A DNA stretch of 64,000 nt from Octopus sinensis (taxonomy: Eukaryota): contig NC_043002.1 of NCBI RefSeq assembly GCF_006345805.1, positions 77,066,001 to 77,130,000 of the forward strand, given 5' to 3'. The translations under genes were made by a program, and so were the position numbers. The notes under the pieces were generated by a model that ran no database searches, was not told the origin of the DNA, and was given only the letters and a program-made list of their open reading frames with translations. This document shows, piece by piece, positions 1-12,320 of the stretch; position 1 is the stretch's first letter, and each line of letters opens with the position of its first letter.

Positions 1-432
1 AAAAATTATTACCATAAATAGAATGGCTAGTTATTATGACTTTTTAATTAGGCATAAAAAAATGAATAAGGAGTGCCTAAGGTCATAATACATGTACTTG
101 CACTAAGATATGAGCTCAAAAACCATTAACTAAAAGCCTGTTATCACAGTCACTCATCCATATTTCTTATTAATATCTTAAATGAATGCAAAGTATTTCA
201 AATTTAGTTTAATATTTTGCCCAGAGACACAACTGCCAAAGAAAAAGAATGTTTTTCTTTCTACAGTTGCTTTTCTCACTTGTTTTCTTTGTTATTTTCT
301 TTTCTCTCATTACCAACAAAATAAAGATATCTAACCATATTTAGCCATTTCATTTCCCTGGCAATACTCATATTCTTGGAAACTAAATCAAAACGATGTT
401 CAACTCATCAGTATAAGAAAGTTATTGTTGAT

Positions 433-660
433 TCATCATCATCATCATCATCGTTTAACGTCTGCTTTCCATGCTAGCATGGGTTGGACGATTTGACTGA
501 GGACTGGCAAACCAGATGGCTGCACCAGGCTCCAATCTTGATCTGGCAGAGTTTCTACAGCTGGATGCTCTTCCTAATGCCAACCACTCAGAGAGTGTAG
601 TGGGTGCTTTTACGTGCCACCAGCATGAGGGCCAGTCAGGCGGTACTGACAACAGTCATG
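433..660 (-). mobile_element. 5'-truncated RTE-LINE 3' end (3' UTR with (GAT)n tail)
   Basis: (CAT)n followed by CGTTTAACGTC..CCATGCTAGCATGGGTTGGACG. The same block is contiguous with the RTE C-terminal coding sequence in the 28031-28713 copy. Confidence 0.85.
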
Positions 661-2104
661 GATTGTGCATTATATTTAACCCTTTAACATCTACACCAGC
701 CACAAGTGTCCTTAATTACTTATTGCATATAACCATCATAGGGAAATCATATTAACGAGTTGTTACACAAGAGTTTATACTTTCAAGTATTCCAAAAAGT
801 TATTATATAAAATCCTTCTATTTATAAATTTTTCTATGACTGATTTAAGAAATGCAACAATGGTTGTTGTTGTTGTAGTTGTTGTTATTGCAGCAGTTGT
901 AAATTATTTTTGTGATAGGAAATGTTGTTTATTGAAAGTTACAGTTAATCCATGAATTCCAATATGTTACAGACATCTGCAAATTTCAACTAAGAACTGC
1001 AAGTAACTAATTTACAAAGTATGATATTACACTTGCTTTTACTAGATTAATATCCACAAAACTCTATGGATTAAATTAGAGCAAATTTGTTTTTGTTATC
1101 TATCTTTCTTACCACTATGGTGTATAGTTTTAGGTCATGATTTCACAACTGAAAACAGTTGGGATTGTTGCTTTGCATGCAGCATCAACACTTGTTTTCA
1201 CTGAGATGCAACTACTATCATCAACAGTGTACTAATAGTTGGAAAAGAGTTTACATTGTCATGGCAAAATCTTCTGGCTTATCAGCTCCTGTTAAACCAT
1301 CCAATCCATGCCAGCAAAGGAAACAGACATTAAATAATGATGATGACAATGATGATGACGATGACAATGTTGTGATGATTTTTGTGATGATGTGGCTCCT
1401 CTCAAATTTCCAAGTCTGAACCAAAGTTTCAAGCCAAGACTATTCGGCTTCTAATCCGCAAGAACTCTTCACATGCATTCTCACATCTTCAAAATAATCC
1501 AGAGAGAGAAATTTAAAGTTTTCATCAAATAGTAATCTTATAATTTACTTTTAACCACTCTCATATTGCAATTGTTACTATTGTATATTTTTTATCCATT
1601 TGCTGACATAAACCAAGTTTCCATTTTTGAAATTACTACTTCATTCATGCCTTTCCTCTATAACTTTCTGTATCATTTCCTGTACGCTGTGGTGGTAGTA
1701 ATGGTGATGGTGGTGACACCATGGCTAAATTTCATTGATGAGTGAGCATGTTGCTGCTAAGCAGTTATTTATATTTTCAACTCAATTTACAACCATTCAG
1801 AAGCCAAGGTGATTTAAATCCCAACTAGTTAAGATGTATGAATTAACGATAATCTGTTATCAATCTGTTGCTAATCCATAGTTTAGTGAGAGATTGTCTA
1901 CAGTGACTGATTTCATGAAGAAACTATATACTAGACACTGAGAGAATGTTTTGCTTTTTTTAATCCTTGTAATGGTTATAGGTGGTTGTAAACACATTGT
2001 TTTTGGGCTTCAGACTGTAAATCAGTTTTATATATAGTTAATGTAAATGCTTTTGTAGATTATTTTAATTAACAGTATTTTAAAATTAATATTGTCACAA
2101 CAGT

Positions 2105-2337
2105 AAGGCAGTGAGCTGGCAGAAACGTTAGCATGCCAGGCAAAATGCTTAGTGGTATTTCGTCTGTCTTTACAGTCTGAGTTCAAATTCCACTGAGGTT
2201 GACTTTGCCTTTTATCATTTCAGGGTCAATAATTTAAGTACCAGTTGCATACTGGAGTCGATCTAATCGACTGGCTCACATTCCCCAAAAATTTCAGGCC
2301 TTGCGACAATATTCTTTTTTACTCTAGAGTAAAAAAG
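2105..2337 (+). mobile_element. tRNA-derived SINE family A with perfect 17-bp TSD
   Basis: Head GGCAGTGAGCTGGCAGAAACGTTAGC, B-box-like GAGTTCAAATTCC, core GACTTTGCCTTT..GGGTCAATAA..AAGTACCAGT. AATATTGTCACAACAGT occurs at 2088-2104 and 2338-2354. Confidence 0.9.
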
Positions 2338-2790
2338 AATATTGTCACAACAGTGTTGTTTGTAAATCATTCACATTCAAAATAAATGAGGAAAATGATT
2401 CAATGTTGTCCAGAAAATTATAATAATGCTGCTAATATTAAAGCTTTTGAGCTTAAACTGACTAAATTAAGTCTCTAAATGTTTCATATCTTGTCATGAA
2501 TATATCATATCTGTTATGAACTTTCTATCCATTAATTGGTACTGCTAGTCATTAATTGACTAGCTTTCAGGCTGACATAGATTACTGTTAGTGTGTAGAG
2601 TATTACTTACTCTCTTTCATATCTACATCTGTAACACTTAAAATACTAAATCATATTTGATTATGCAATCGTATTTGTTTGATAAGGGATTTAACCTGCA
2701 ATTATGAGATGTAACTGGAACAATTGCATCATTGCAGAGTCATGGTAGACATTTAGAAGAACACAACTGCTGTTATTTTCACGCTTGCCT

Positions 2791-3000
2791 TATTGGTTTC
2801 AAGGCCAGCAGTTTTGGGGGAAGGATGTAAGTCAATTACATCGACCCCGGTGTTCAACTGGTACTTATTTTATCGACCTCCAAAAGGGTGAAAGGCAAAG
2901 TCAACTTCAGCAGAATTTGAACTCAGAACATAATGACAAACGAAATACTGCTAAGCACTTTTTGCTTAGTGTGTTAAACACTCTACCAGCTTGCTGCCTT
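2791..3000 (-). mobile_element. SINE family A copy
   Basis: Reverse-complement match to the 2105 copy (CTGGTACTTATTTTATCGACC..GAAAGGCAAAGTC..TTTGAACTCAGAAC). Confidence 0.85.
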
Positions 3001-3539
3001 AACATATCTTTTATTAAGAATCAACTTCATTTGTTGTACATCTACAACCTAAACACTGATAGTTATCCCACTACATCTCAGATACAGATTAATGTAGTAT
3101 TTAAACTCTTAGGCCTATATCTATTATGAACATCATGTACCTCCAACTAATGACACTTCACAGCTCATATATATTTTCATAATAATGAGTACATCATGAC
3201 AGTTGATTGTAGCATATACCAGCTAACAAAAGAATCTTTATGTTGTCAACTGACCTATTAGAAATAGCAACCAAATCTTCCTTGAATTATATCCCACATT
3301 CTTAAAAAAAAAGAGATGGCTTTATTAGATGATATATTTTAGATACCCTTAAACTGGCATGATGGTCAAGGCTGGAAAGCCTTTGATCATAGGTTTTCAC
3401 TCTCAGAACTGTTAATGGGTTAATACTTATGGGCTTATACTTAGAAGCATTCCAAAGAGTTAACTACAAATAAATTTCTCATTAATCAATTTTTTTTGTA
3501 TAAGTGAGTGAAATGACAACCAGCCAATCAATACCCACC

Positions 3540-3598
<59 letters not shown>
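3540..3598. repeat. (CT)n microsatellite
   Basis: Pure TC dinucleotide run. Confidence 0.95.
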
Positions 3599-3600
<2 letters not shown>

Positions 3601-4192
3601 TCTATTTACACTAAGCCTGTTTCTTACAATTAAGCACCGAAACATTCAATAAATTTGATGACTAAAGTAGCTAGGCTACCCACAAACCACAACTAATATA
3701 AATATCATTCTGTTTGCTGTATCAAGTGATAAGTTGGTGGACTAAATCGTTGAATCAACATTTTCAGTGCATTGTAAATTCAAAGAACTGTAATCTATAA
3801 TCTATTCAACCACTTGTGTCACATTTACATTTTAGTGGATCACTAACAAATGTTTTATCACCAGATCAATAATATAAACTGTTTGATCAGAGCATTTTTA
3901 TGGTTCTTTAGGGGGAAATAGTTCAAAGACTATTGTAAACAGAGATAAATAATATTGTGTCAAAATACATTTGAAAATTGTGTGTGATGCTTTTGTTATA
4001 CTAAATCCTTTAAATTTATTAAAATATGATTTCCTATAACATGTTTTGTAGGCAACAGTGTCTGTGTGTATGTGTGTGCTAGAATAAATAAGATATGTGA
4101 AATGCTGGTTAGTGAATGCTAGTCAAAATAAGTGCTTGTACACACTCATACACACGTACACACACACACACACAAACACATGCGTGCGCATG

Positions 4193-4248
<56 letters not shown>

Positions 4249-4324
4249 TACTGATTTTTTAATGCTGATTTTCATAGGGTAGTAAAGACACTTTCAGTCA
4301 AGAATGTGATGTTACTGGTGCCAA

Positions 4325-4608
4325 GCTGTATTGGCACAAGTCCAGGCAAGGTTGTTTTTGGAAGACCAGCATACCAGCCCATGCATACCAGCCTCTCCTC
4401 TCCATGCCACCAATGTTATCCAAGGAAAAGGAAAAGACCAATACAGCTTGGCACCAGTAACATCACAACTCATTTCTACAGCTACGTGAACTGGAGCAAT
4501 GTGAAATAAAATGCCTTGCTCAAGAACACAATACACAGCCCGGTCTGGGAATCAAACTCACTACCTCATGATTGTGAGCCTGACATCTAACCACTGAGCC
4601 ATGCACCT
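4325..4608 (-). mobile_element. tRNA-derived SINE family C
   Basis: Minus-strand head GTGCATGGCTCAGTGGTTAGA..GAGTTTGATTCC, then TTCTTGAGCAAGGCATTTTATTTCAC. Homologous to 19981-20288. Confidence 0.85.
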
Positions 4609-4989
4609 TAAAGTTCATATATATTTCATTTCCATCTGCACTTGAATAATTTAGACTTTGATGACTTTTTGCAACCCAAGCAACTTGGTAAAGGCAAAAC
4701 ATTATTCAAGCATGTATATTATACCAAACATCCTTCGATATGTATGTTACCACCCTACATAAGAGACACTGCAACAGAACTTTTCAAATAATTAAGCAAC
4801 TAAAAATCTAAAGCTGCTTAACTTTTGATTGGATAAAAATCTGAAATCCAAGGTAATTGATGATGATTAACATTGGCACAATTATTCTTTAGAAGTTGCT
4901 GTGAGACTTGAAGAATCTACCATTTTTTAATGTTACCCTTCATTTAAGAGATAGGAAAAGAAAAAGGAGGTGATGGTGTTAGTTTGGTA

Positions 4990-5211
4990 GTTTCCACATA
5001 AGAAGCACCCGTGCCAGTGTTGTGTATAAAGCACCCATGGAAGTGCTGCATAAAAAGCACCCAGTACACTCTGTAAAGTGATTGGCATTATGAAGGACCT
5101 CTAGCCATAAAAACCATGCAAAAACAGACAGCTGGTGCCAGCTCCTGACAAACCGGCTAAACCATGCCAGCAGATGTTAAATGATGATGATGAGGATGAT
5201 GATGATGATGA
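4990..5211 (+). mobile_element. Degenerate RTE 3' end with (GAT)n tail
   Basis: AAAAAGCACC motifs, then CCATGCCAGCAGATGTTAAAT(GAT)n. Confidence 0.7.
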
Positions 5212-7040
5212 GCCTGGAAGAAAGGGAAATTCCCATATCTTTCATAAGTTCTCCAAGACTGGTGAGAATGATGTCATTAATGTTCTGATTAAACTGTTGC
5301 ATGTTGACAGTCATAGAAAAATTACTAGCCAGGAGAGAATTTTAGAATCTAGAGGATCAACATCCTGAGTAGGAAGGTTAGAGTGGGTGCCAGGATGGGG
5401 TTGGACACAATATAGGTAGACAATGAGAGGACGGACAGATGAGTCAAGAGTGCTTGAGGAGAAGTGAAATGAGATCAGCCAGCTCCAAACAGCAGGGGGC
5501 CATTCTAACAGTGGTAGAAAAGTAGAGAGAGGAAACAGCATGTTTGTGTATTAGAAGCTGGAGTGTGTCCATTGAGTATGTACATTAGTGAGTCAACTTA
5601 ACATCAATCCTTGATTCTTTCAGTCAACCTATCCAAGTTAGGCATTCCTACAATCATATCACAATCACACCTTCGTTGCTGTTGCTGTTCCTGATGTTCT
5701 GAATATGGTCAAACATATCCACCCAGATGTAAGAATTTAGTTTATTGCAGGTATTACCTGGCTTCTCTAATGCTAGTGTAGGCAAGTAAAAAGAGAAATA
5801 CCAACCAAACCTTCCACAAATTATTCAATCTTCAAAAAAGACTGACTTATAAAACAATGTAGTCAAGAATACACTAAAATCCAGAATTTGAGGAAAATTA
5901 CTATTTACTGGCCACTAATCAAAGCAACATTACCGTTTTTGTTCACTCTTCCTGACTCTCAGACAAAGAGTCAGAGACCAAAACATTAAGTACTTCACTC
6001 CTCATGGCAGTTGACCTTATTAAGCTCTTCTAGGTATTCTCCTATCGATTTTGATAATTTGATGACAAATCTTATTTTGGAATTACTTTTAGTATTTGTT
6101 CCTATTTGTTGAAACACATTGATGTTTGAATCAACTAAAGAATATAATTTGTTTTTAGTTTTTTATAGAAAAAAATAGACAAAATAAATTTAGGAAACAT
6201 AAAGAAAAGATTACACATCTCTTAATGTCTCTCCCACTCTTTTTTTTTTCTTTTTTTACACACACCCATGCAATTTCCTTAAATATATTTCAGAAACTTC
6301 TGTGTATGTTAGATGTGCAGACAGATGTGTGAATATTTCCCTGTACCCATGAGAGAATAGCAGTCTGGGAAGAAGTGTAAAGAAATCCTATCCCCCAAAA
6401 TTGCATACCAAACTCACAGCTGTCAGCCGCAGTATTTTAGCAATGAAGGAAATTCTTCCTATCTTATAAAACCCATTTTAAGCAGTAAAATCCCAGCAAG
6501 TAGACATTCTTCAGAGTAGTTTTGTTTGATAATTTTTATTTGTCAAGGAGTGGTTCCAGTATTTAATTGACTTAGTGCCACAGAAAGCACTGATTAAAAT
6601 TGCAATAGTAATATGTAAAATTGTAATGTTACTAATCTGGTTTTATCTTGGGATAATCTCAGGAGAAATTATCAATTATATCAATAGTGTTTATCTTTTG
6701 AAACAGGATATAACAGCCATAAAGGATAACTTTTTAATTTTAGTTTAAGTGAAAGTTTTTTATTCTTTCTCTTCAATTAAATTTACATGAAGGAAACGAA
6801 CCCAGGATATTGACATATACGATAATGTTCTCCAAACCTTTTCAACCTATCATGCCATTTTTAGTGCAGATATTTCATGACACACACATACATAAAGTTA
6901 GTCAAAAATAGTACGGTGAAAATTACATTTTAAGAAATTGTTTTATTTAAATATTTATTGTTTAACTAAAAATATAATTGTACAAAATTATCTAAAATTA
7001 TTTGAATGATGAGACTAATTATTCTACATCCAGCTGAATA

Positions 7041-7257
7041 TTGGTTTCAAATTTCGGCACAAGGCAAGCAACTTGGGGGAGGAGGTAACTCGATTACATC
7101 GAGCCCAGTACTTGACTGGTACTTATGTTATTGTCCCCAAAAGGTAACATCAACCTTGGCAAAATTTGAACTCAGAAGATAAAGACAGACAAATTGCTGC
7201 TAAGCATTTTGAAGCATTTTGTCCAGTGTGCTTACAATTCTACCACCTCATTGCCTT
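7041..7257 (-). mobile_element. SINE family A inserted in the transposase C-terminus, 14-bp TSD
   Basis: CATCCAGCTGAATA (7027-7040) and CATCCAGCAGAATA (7258-7271) flank a family A body. Confidence 0.9.
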
Positions 7258-8327
7258 CATCCAGCAGAATAATAGAAAGCCATTCTTAATTGTTCCATTT
7301 TATTGTTTATAATTGGCTTCTCTTTTTTGTTGACATGCTTGTAAGGATGTTAAATCCACATGCATCTAAATATGATAACTAAAATACAGTTCAGAATGTC
7401 TTTCATAGTAGCCCATAATTCAGGATAAGATATTTCTAATTTGACAGGCAACCAGAAATGATGGTTCCTATTCTTAAATTTGAGCTTCAGTTTATCACTG
7501 GGTTTTAATTTATTCAACTCTTCTTGTAAGTTGTGTTATTGTTTCCTGAACACTTAGAAACAAGTCTAAGATGCCGACTGGAAACTTGATAAAAGAGAAT
7601 AACTTGTTCTGATTTGAACACAGCTTCCCTATGAAGGTCCTCACTTCAAATCAAAGTCCATATAAAATGCTTCAGAATGATGATAATAGAACTGAACGTC
7701 ATCATTATGTATTTCTGATTTTTCTTTAGGTACAGAAGGGATCAGAAACTGGTAACATTCTCCTTGCCCCAAGGTGTATTTGAACAGAATAAGTTTTGAA
7801 GCACAAGCATAAATACAACTCTAATTTTAATCAAGCCGAGTTCATCTCCATACAGTTGAGAATTCATTTAATTAAACTTAAAAAATAAATCCTACATATA
7901 AACTATGTCATTTTAAATTATTCCGAGTGGTCTCACATGAAAACATGTTTTCAAAGATTTCCAAAACTCTCTTTAAAAGGCTATAAAAATAAGTCAGTCA
8001 TCCTTTGACAACTAGCTAACATCAATATGGAATATCAAGCAAATAAAATCCTTATTGTTTCGTTTGCACAACTGTTTGAATAATTTGTCCTTGTAAGAAT
8101 TATTTTTGATCCTTTTTAATTGTCAATGATGTATTGCAATGAGCAATGTAAATGGTCACTAAAGGATTTTTTATGACTTAATATTTTTACTTGTCACGGA
8201 ATCATTTAATGTACCACTAATAAATTCAACATTAACTTTATTAATTATGTAATCGATACATGGTGGCAGCCCTCCATAAACTAATTTCTAGAAATAGTGA
8301 GTATTATAAAAATTCTTTCACAGGGAA

Positions 8328-8545
8328 TATTGGTTTCAAATTTTGGTACAAGGCCAGCAATTTCAAAGGACTTGGCTAGTTGTTTACACTGGCCCCATTG
8401 TTCAAATGGTACTTTTTCTTTTCAATCCCGAAAGGATGAAACACAAAGCCGAACTTGATGGAATTTGAACTCAAAATGTAAAGATAGATGAAATGCCACT
8501 AAGCATTTTGTCCAGCATTCTTACAATTCTGCCAGCTCGCCATCT
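8328..8545 (-). mobile_element. SINE family A inserted in mid-transposase, degenerate 15-bp TSD
   Basis: TTCTTTCACAGGGAA (8313-8327) versus TTCTTTCGCAAGAAA (8546-8560), 12/15 identical. Removing the SINE rejoins the KGKLLF..KEFY transposase sequence. Confidence 0.85.
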
Positions 8546-9220
8546 TTCTTTCGCAAGAAACAGCAACTTTCCTTTTATTGAATGGCAAATGGCAAGTAAT
8601 AACTCTTGAGTTATTTCTCCTTCTTTTATAGCCCAAATATAAGCTAACAGCAAGACTTCAATCCCTTCATTTATTTGTAAAGAAAATCATGCAGTTCTCA
8701 AAAAGTTCCATCATGTATCTTGCATATTCTTATTTGTTTCATCAATTTATCGTATTATTGCTAAATGGAATTTTATAGATTATGTCAGATGCTGACTCAT
8801 GCAACATGCTATATAGAACTTCTCTAAGAGCTAGAAGAATCAATCCTCTGCCAATAGTATATGGCTTTCTGGATTTAGCAATCAGTAAAGAAATTTTGTG
8901 AAAAGCATATAAAGCATCATTTTTTATTTCGATGCAGGAGAAAAATACTTGACAACATCAGTTGTTTGCAAAATTGATCTGGAAGCGCTTTAAAAAAAGA
9001 CAAATCTTTATCTGTCTTAGCACAAATTCTTTTCAAGTGCTCTTCTTATCTTGAAGGTTTCACGCATTCATTCGAAAATGCTTTTTCTCAAATCAGGCAC
9101 ATTAGTAACAGCATGTTTGTAGGTGATGGAATAAAGCCATATCTTACATATTCAATAATGTATTGTCAACATTTCTTCTTCGGTTCTGCCATAGCAATAT
9201 CTATAAAATAATATATACAT

Positions 9221-9259
<39 letters not shown>

Positions 9260-9307
9260 CGTATGTGTGTGTATGTCATTATCTTTTTTTTAATATTATT
9301 CATTATA

Positions 9308-9750
9308 GAGCAGTGAGCTGGCAGAATTGTTACTGTGCGAGGAAAATACTTAACAGCATTTCTTCCAACTTTACATCCTTCGTTCAAATGCCACTGGGGT
9401 TGACTTTGCTTTTCACCCTTTTGGGGTTGATAAAATGAGTACCAGTTGAGTACAGGGGTCTATCTAACCAACTTACTCTCTTATCAAAAATTACTGGCCT
9501 TATTCCAGAATTTAAAACCAATATTGTTCATTATAAGCTAGCAGAACCATTACCACACCAGAAAAAATTGCTTCCTGGTATTTCTTCTGATTTTATGTTC
9601 TGAGTTCAAATTCTGCCAACATCAAGTTTACCTTTCACCCCCTCAGTTCAGTAAAATAAGTACCAGCTGAGCACTGGAATCGATGTAATTAACTTGCCAA
9701 ACCCCATCCCGCTACCTGAAATTGCTGGCCCTGTGCCAAAATTTGAAAGT
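9308..9750 (+). mobile_element. Two tandem SINE family A copies sharing a triplicated target site
   Basis: AATATT(A/G)TTCATTAT occurs at 9292, 9520 and 9751, bracketing two family A bodies. Confidence 0.85.
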
Positions 9751-10504
9751 AATATTATTCATTATGGATATGACTTGGTAATATTAAAGCATTAGACAAA
9801 GTACTTTGCAGTATTTGTATTGACTCTACATAATTCAAATCCTGATGAAGCCAACTTTATTTTTTATTTTCCTAGGATTGATAAGATAAAGAACCAGTCA
9901 AATGTCAAAATCAATTAATCATCTATGCTCCTCCCTCAAATTTGAGACATTATGCCAATAATAGAAATTATATTTCTCATTAAATAAGATGATGCTTTCT
10001 CATTGTGCTTAATGCAGGTGACAGTATTACAATCAAATACTAATACATATTCTTTGCCTGTTGCCCATTGCTCTGCTCATGATCTTTTACACTCTTCACT
10101 TTTCTTTTCTATGTCCTCTACTGCTCCCTTACCTCTCACTACAACTGTTAAATCTTCCAGCTTCTCTAAGGGTAGGGTAGCACCCACTTTATGAATCAGT
10201 GATAGAAAAGTTATTAAAAACCAGTAACTAACAGCTTAGAGTCCATTCATAGTGAATGTTCATGATTCTACATTATAAAATTTATAAATAAAAACAAAAC
10301 AACAAAAATTAAATATAGTCTCAAAGAATCAATACAGAAATCAATAAACGAGCGTTTTAGCAAAAAATTAAATTTCCTTTATTGATATAAAAAGGATAAG
10401 CAAGATCAATAGTTTCTATTGGGCACTTAAGGATGAAACATTCAAAAGGTTAAACAATGCAAGAATGGTTAAGGTTGAGTCTATTGTAAACAAATATAAT
10501 AGCC

Positions 10505-10535
<31 letters not shown>

Positions 10536-11707
10536 TTTATATAAGAACATATTTCCTTCAAAGCAAACAAAGCATTGTATTAACAATCTCAATGAAATTG
10601 AACCAATCAAAGGTGGTTTGTTCTATGTGGTCACTCAACTTGCTGGAAATAACAGTGAAATCATGCTCAAATTACTCCCTACTGTTTCAAATAACACATT
10701 TCACAATGTAGTTTTGACCATAGGTCAGAATTGACCAAGGGCTAATCAAAAATAAAAATAGTAAACATCTCCTGTGCATTAAAAGATACATAGTATTTGG
10801 CTATTTATCCTGAAAACAAAATTTTAAAGGATTTCTTATTGCTATAAACATTTTAAATGTCATAAAGTTTATCTACAGAAAAAAACAACTGAACTTCAAT
10901 AACTTTTGGAGTGATTACTTTAGTCTAATTATAAATCTTCAGTTTCAAATTACTTTAAGTATTTAATATAAATTATATTTCTAAAATTACTGAAATGTCA
11001 TACAAGTTCATTACTTTATTTAATCCTTTTTAATACCAGCCTACATAAGATCGGCTCCGGTTTTATTCAAATTCCCTATGTTAAATTGATATTAATCAAA
11101 ACCTCCCTTCAAAATTTCAGGTTAGTTTATGTTCCAAACACCAGATTAATAAGGACAAAATTATTTTAGTGAACTCTTCATTATTTTCAAAATCGACTGA
11201 AGCAAATATAACATTTTTCAACAGAAATGTGGTAAAAAAGAAGAGGGGTAGATAAGGTTGATAATGGTATGGTCTGTACTGTACTAAATATTTTACTACA
11301 TCCAAAGTTTAATATCACACTTTACTGAGTTCAATTTCTGCTGCGATCTTATGTCTTTCGTGCTTCCAGGGTTGGGAGTGATAATACAAACACTAGTAAG
11401 ATAGTGGAATTAAATATATCAGCTATATATATTCTTTCTTTGTAAAAACTCTCCTATGCCTTGCTAGAATAAAAATCATTGTAAATATTCTCTTTGCCTC
11501 TGTTTCACAAAATATTTTTACAGTCATTTCTTCTATAAAAACAGCGAGAAAACTATTTTTACAGCTGGGTGGACCTCTTAAAAAATGTGACCTCAACTGT
11601 AACTGTTACTCAACTTGACAAGAAATAGCTGCCAAATTACCTCCAAATCACGTTCTGCTTTCTTAAAAAACTAAAGGTAGATTGGATAATGTACATTATA
11701 CCTTTTC

Positions 11708-12069
11708 TGCGGCCATGCTTGAGCACTGCCTTCAGTCAAGCAAATTGAACCCTGGACTTATTCTTTGTAAGCCTAGTACTTATTCTATTAGTCTCTTTTT
11801 GCCGAACTGCTATGTTACAGGGACATAAACACACCAGCATCGGTTGTCAAGCAATGTTAGAGGGACAAGCACAGACACACAAATATATACACACATATAT
11901 ACATATATATGATGGGCTTCTTTCAGTTTCCGTCTACCAAATCCACTCACAAGGCTTTGGTCAGCCCGAGTCTATGGTAGAAGACACTTGCCCAAGGTGC
12001 CATGCAGTGGGTCTGAACCCAGAACCATGTGGTTGGTAAGCAAGCTACTTACCACACAGCCACTCCTAC
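11708..12069 (-). mobile_element. tRNA-derived CORE-type SINE family B
   Basis: Minus-strand head GTAGGAGTGGCTGTGTGGTAAGTAGCTTGC, then CACCTTGGGCAAGTGTCTTCTAC (MIR/CORE-like), internal TA/CA tract, tail AGCATGGCCGCAG. Confidence 0.9.
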
Positions 12070-12289
12070 AAAAAAAAAAAGACAGGATGCTTATTACTTT
12101 TAATCGTTGGATTGCTTAATCAGGGCTGACAAAGAACTAAACAATAGCAACTATGAAGACTGTGGGGTGAGTTTGATTCCACTGTTCACTACCTTGGACA
12201 AGTTTCTTCTATTGTAGCCTTACATTGACTTGTACCCCTTTTATATAGGATTTAACACTAGGTGAGCGTGCAGAAGTCCATTGCATGTG

Positions 12290-12320
<31 letters not shown>

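Larger units (their letters stand above)
7000..9192 (-). pseudogene. Fossil hAT transposase (Charlie/ZBED5-SCAND3-FAM200-like), near full length, with multiple stops and frameshifts, interrupted by two SINEs
   Basis: Manual minus-strand translation in the expected order: MAEPKKKC*QYIIEYVRYGFIPSPTNMLLLMCLI*EKAFSNECVKPSR*EEHLKRI (BED finger); IAKSRKPYTIG..IPFSNNTI; LLAYIW..QELLLA; DKLFKQLC..HIDVS*LSK; DIVYM*DLFFKFN*MNSQLYGD; YPELW..SYLDACGF..TKKRSQL (C-terminal dimerisation region). A possible degenerate terminus TAATGTTCTCCAAACCTTTTC lies at ~6823. Confidence 0.9.

Noticed and set aside
7730-7773. Plus-strand AG/GT-bounded mini-exon (VQKGSETGNILLAP)
   Set aside because: It lies antisense within the hAT transposase fossil (KYTLGQGECYQF on the minus strand).
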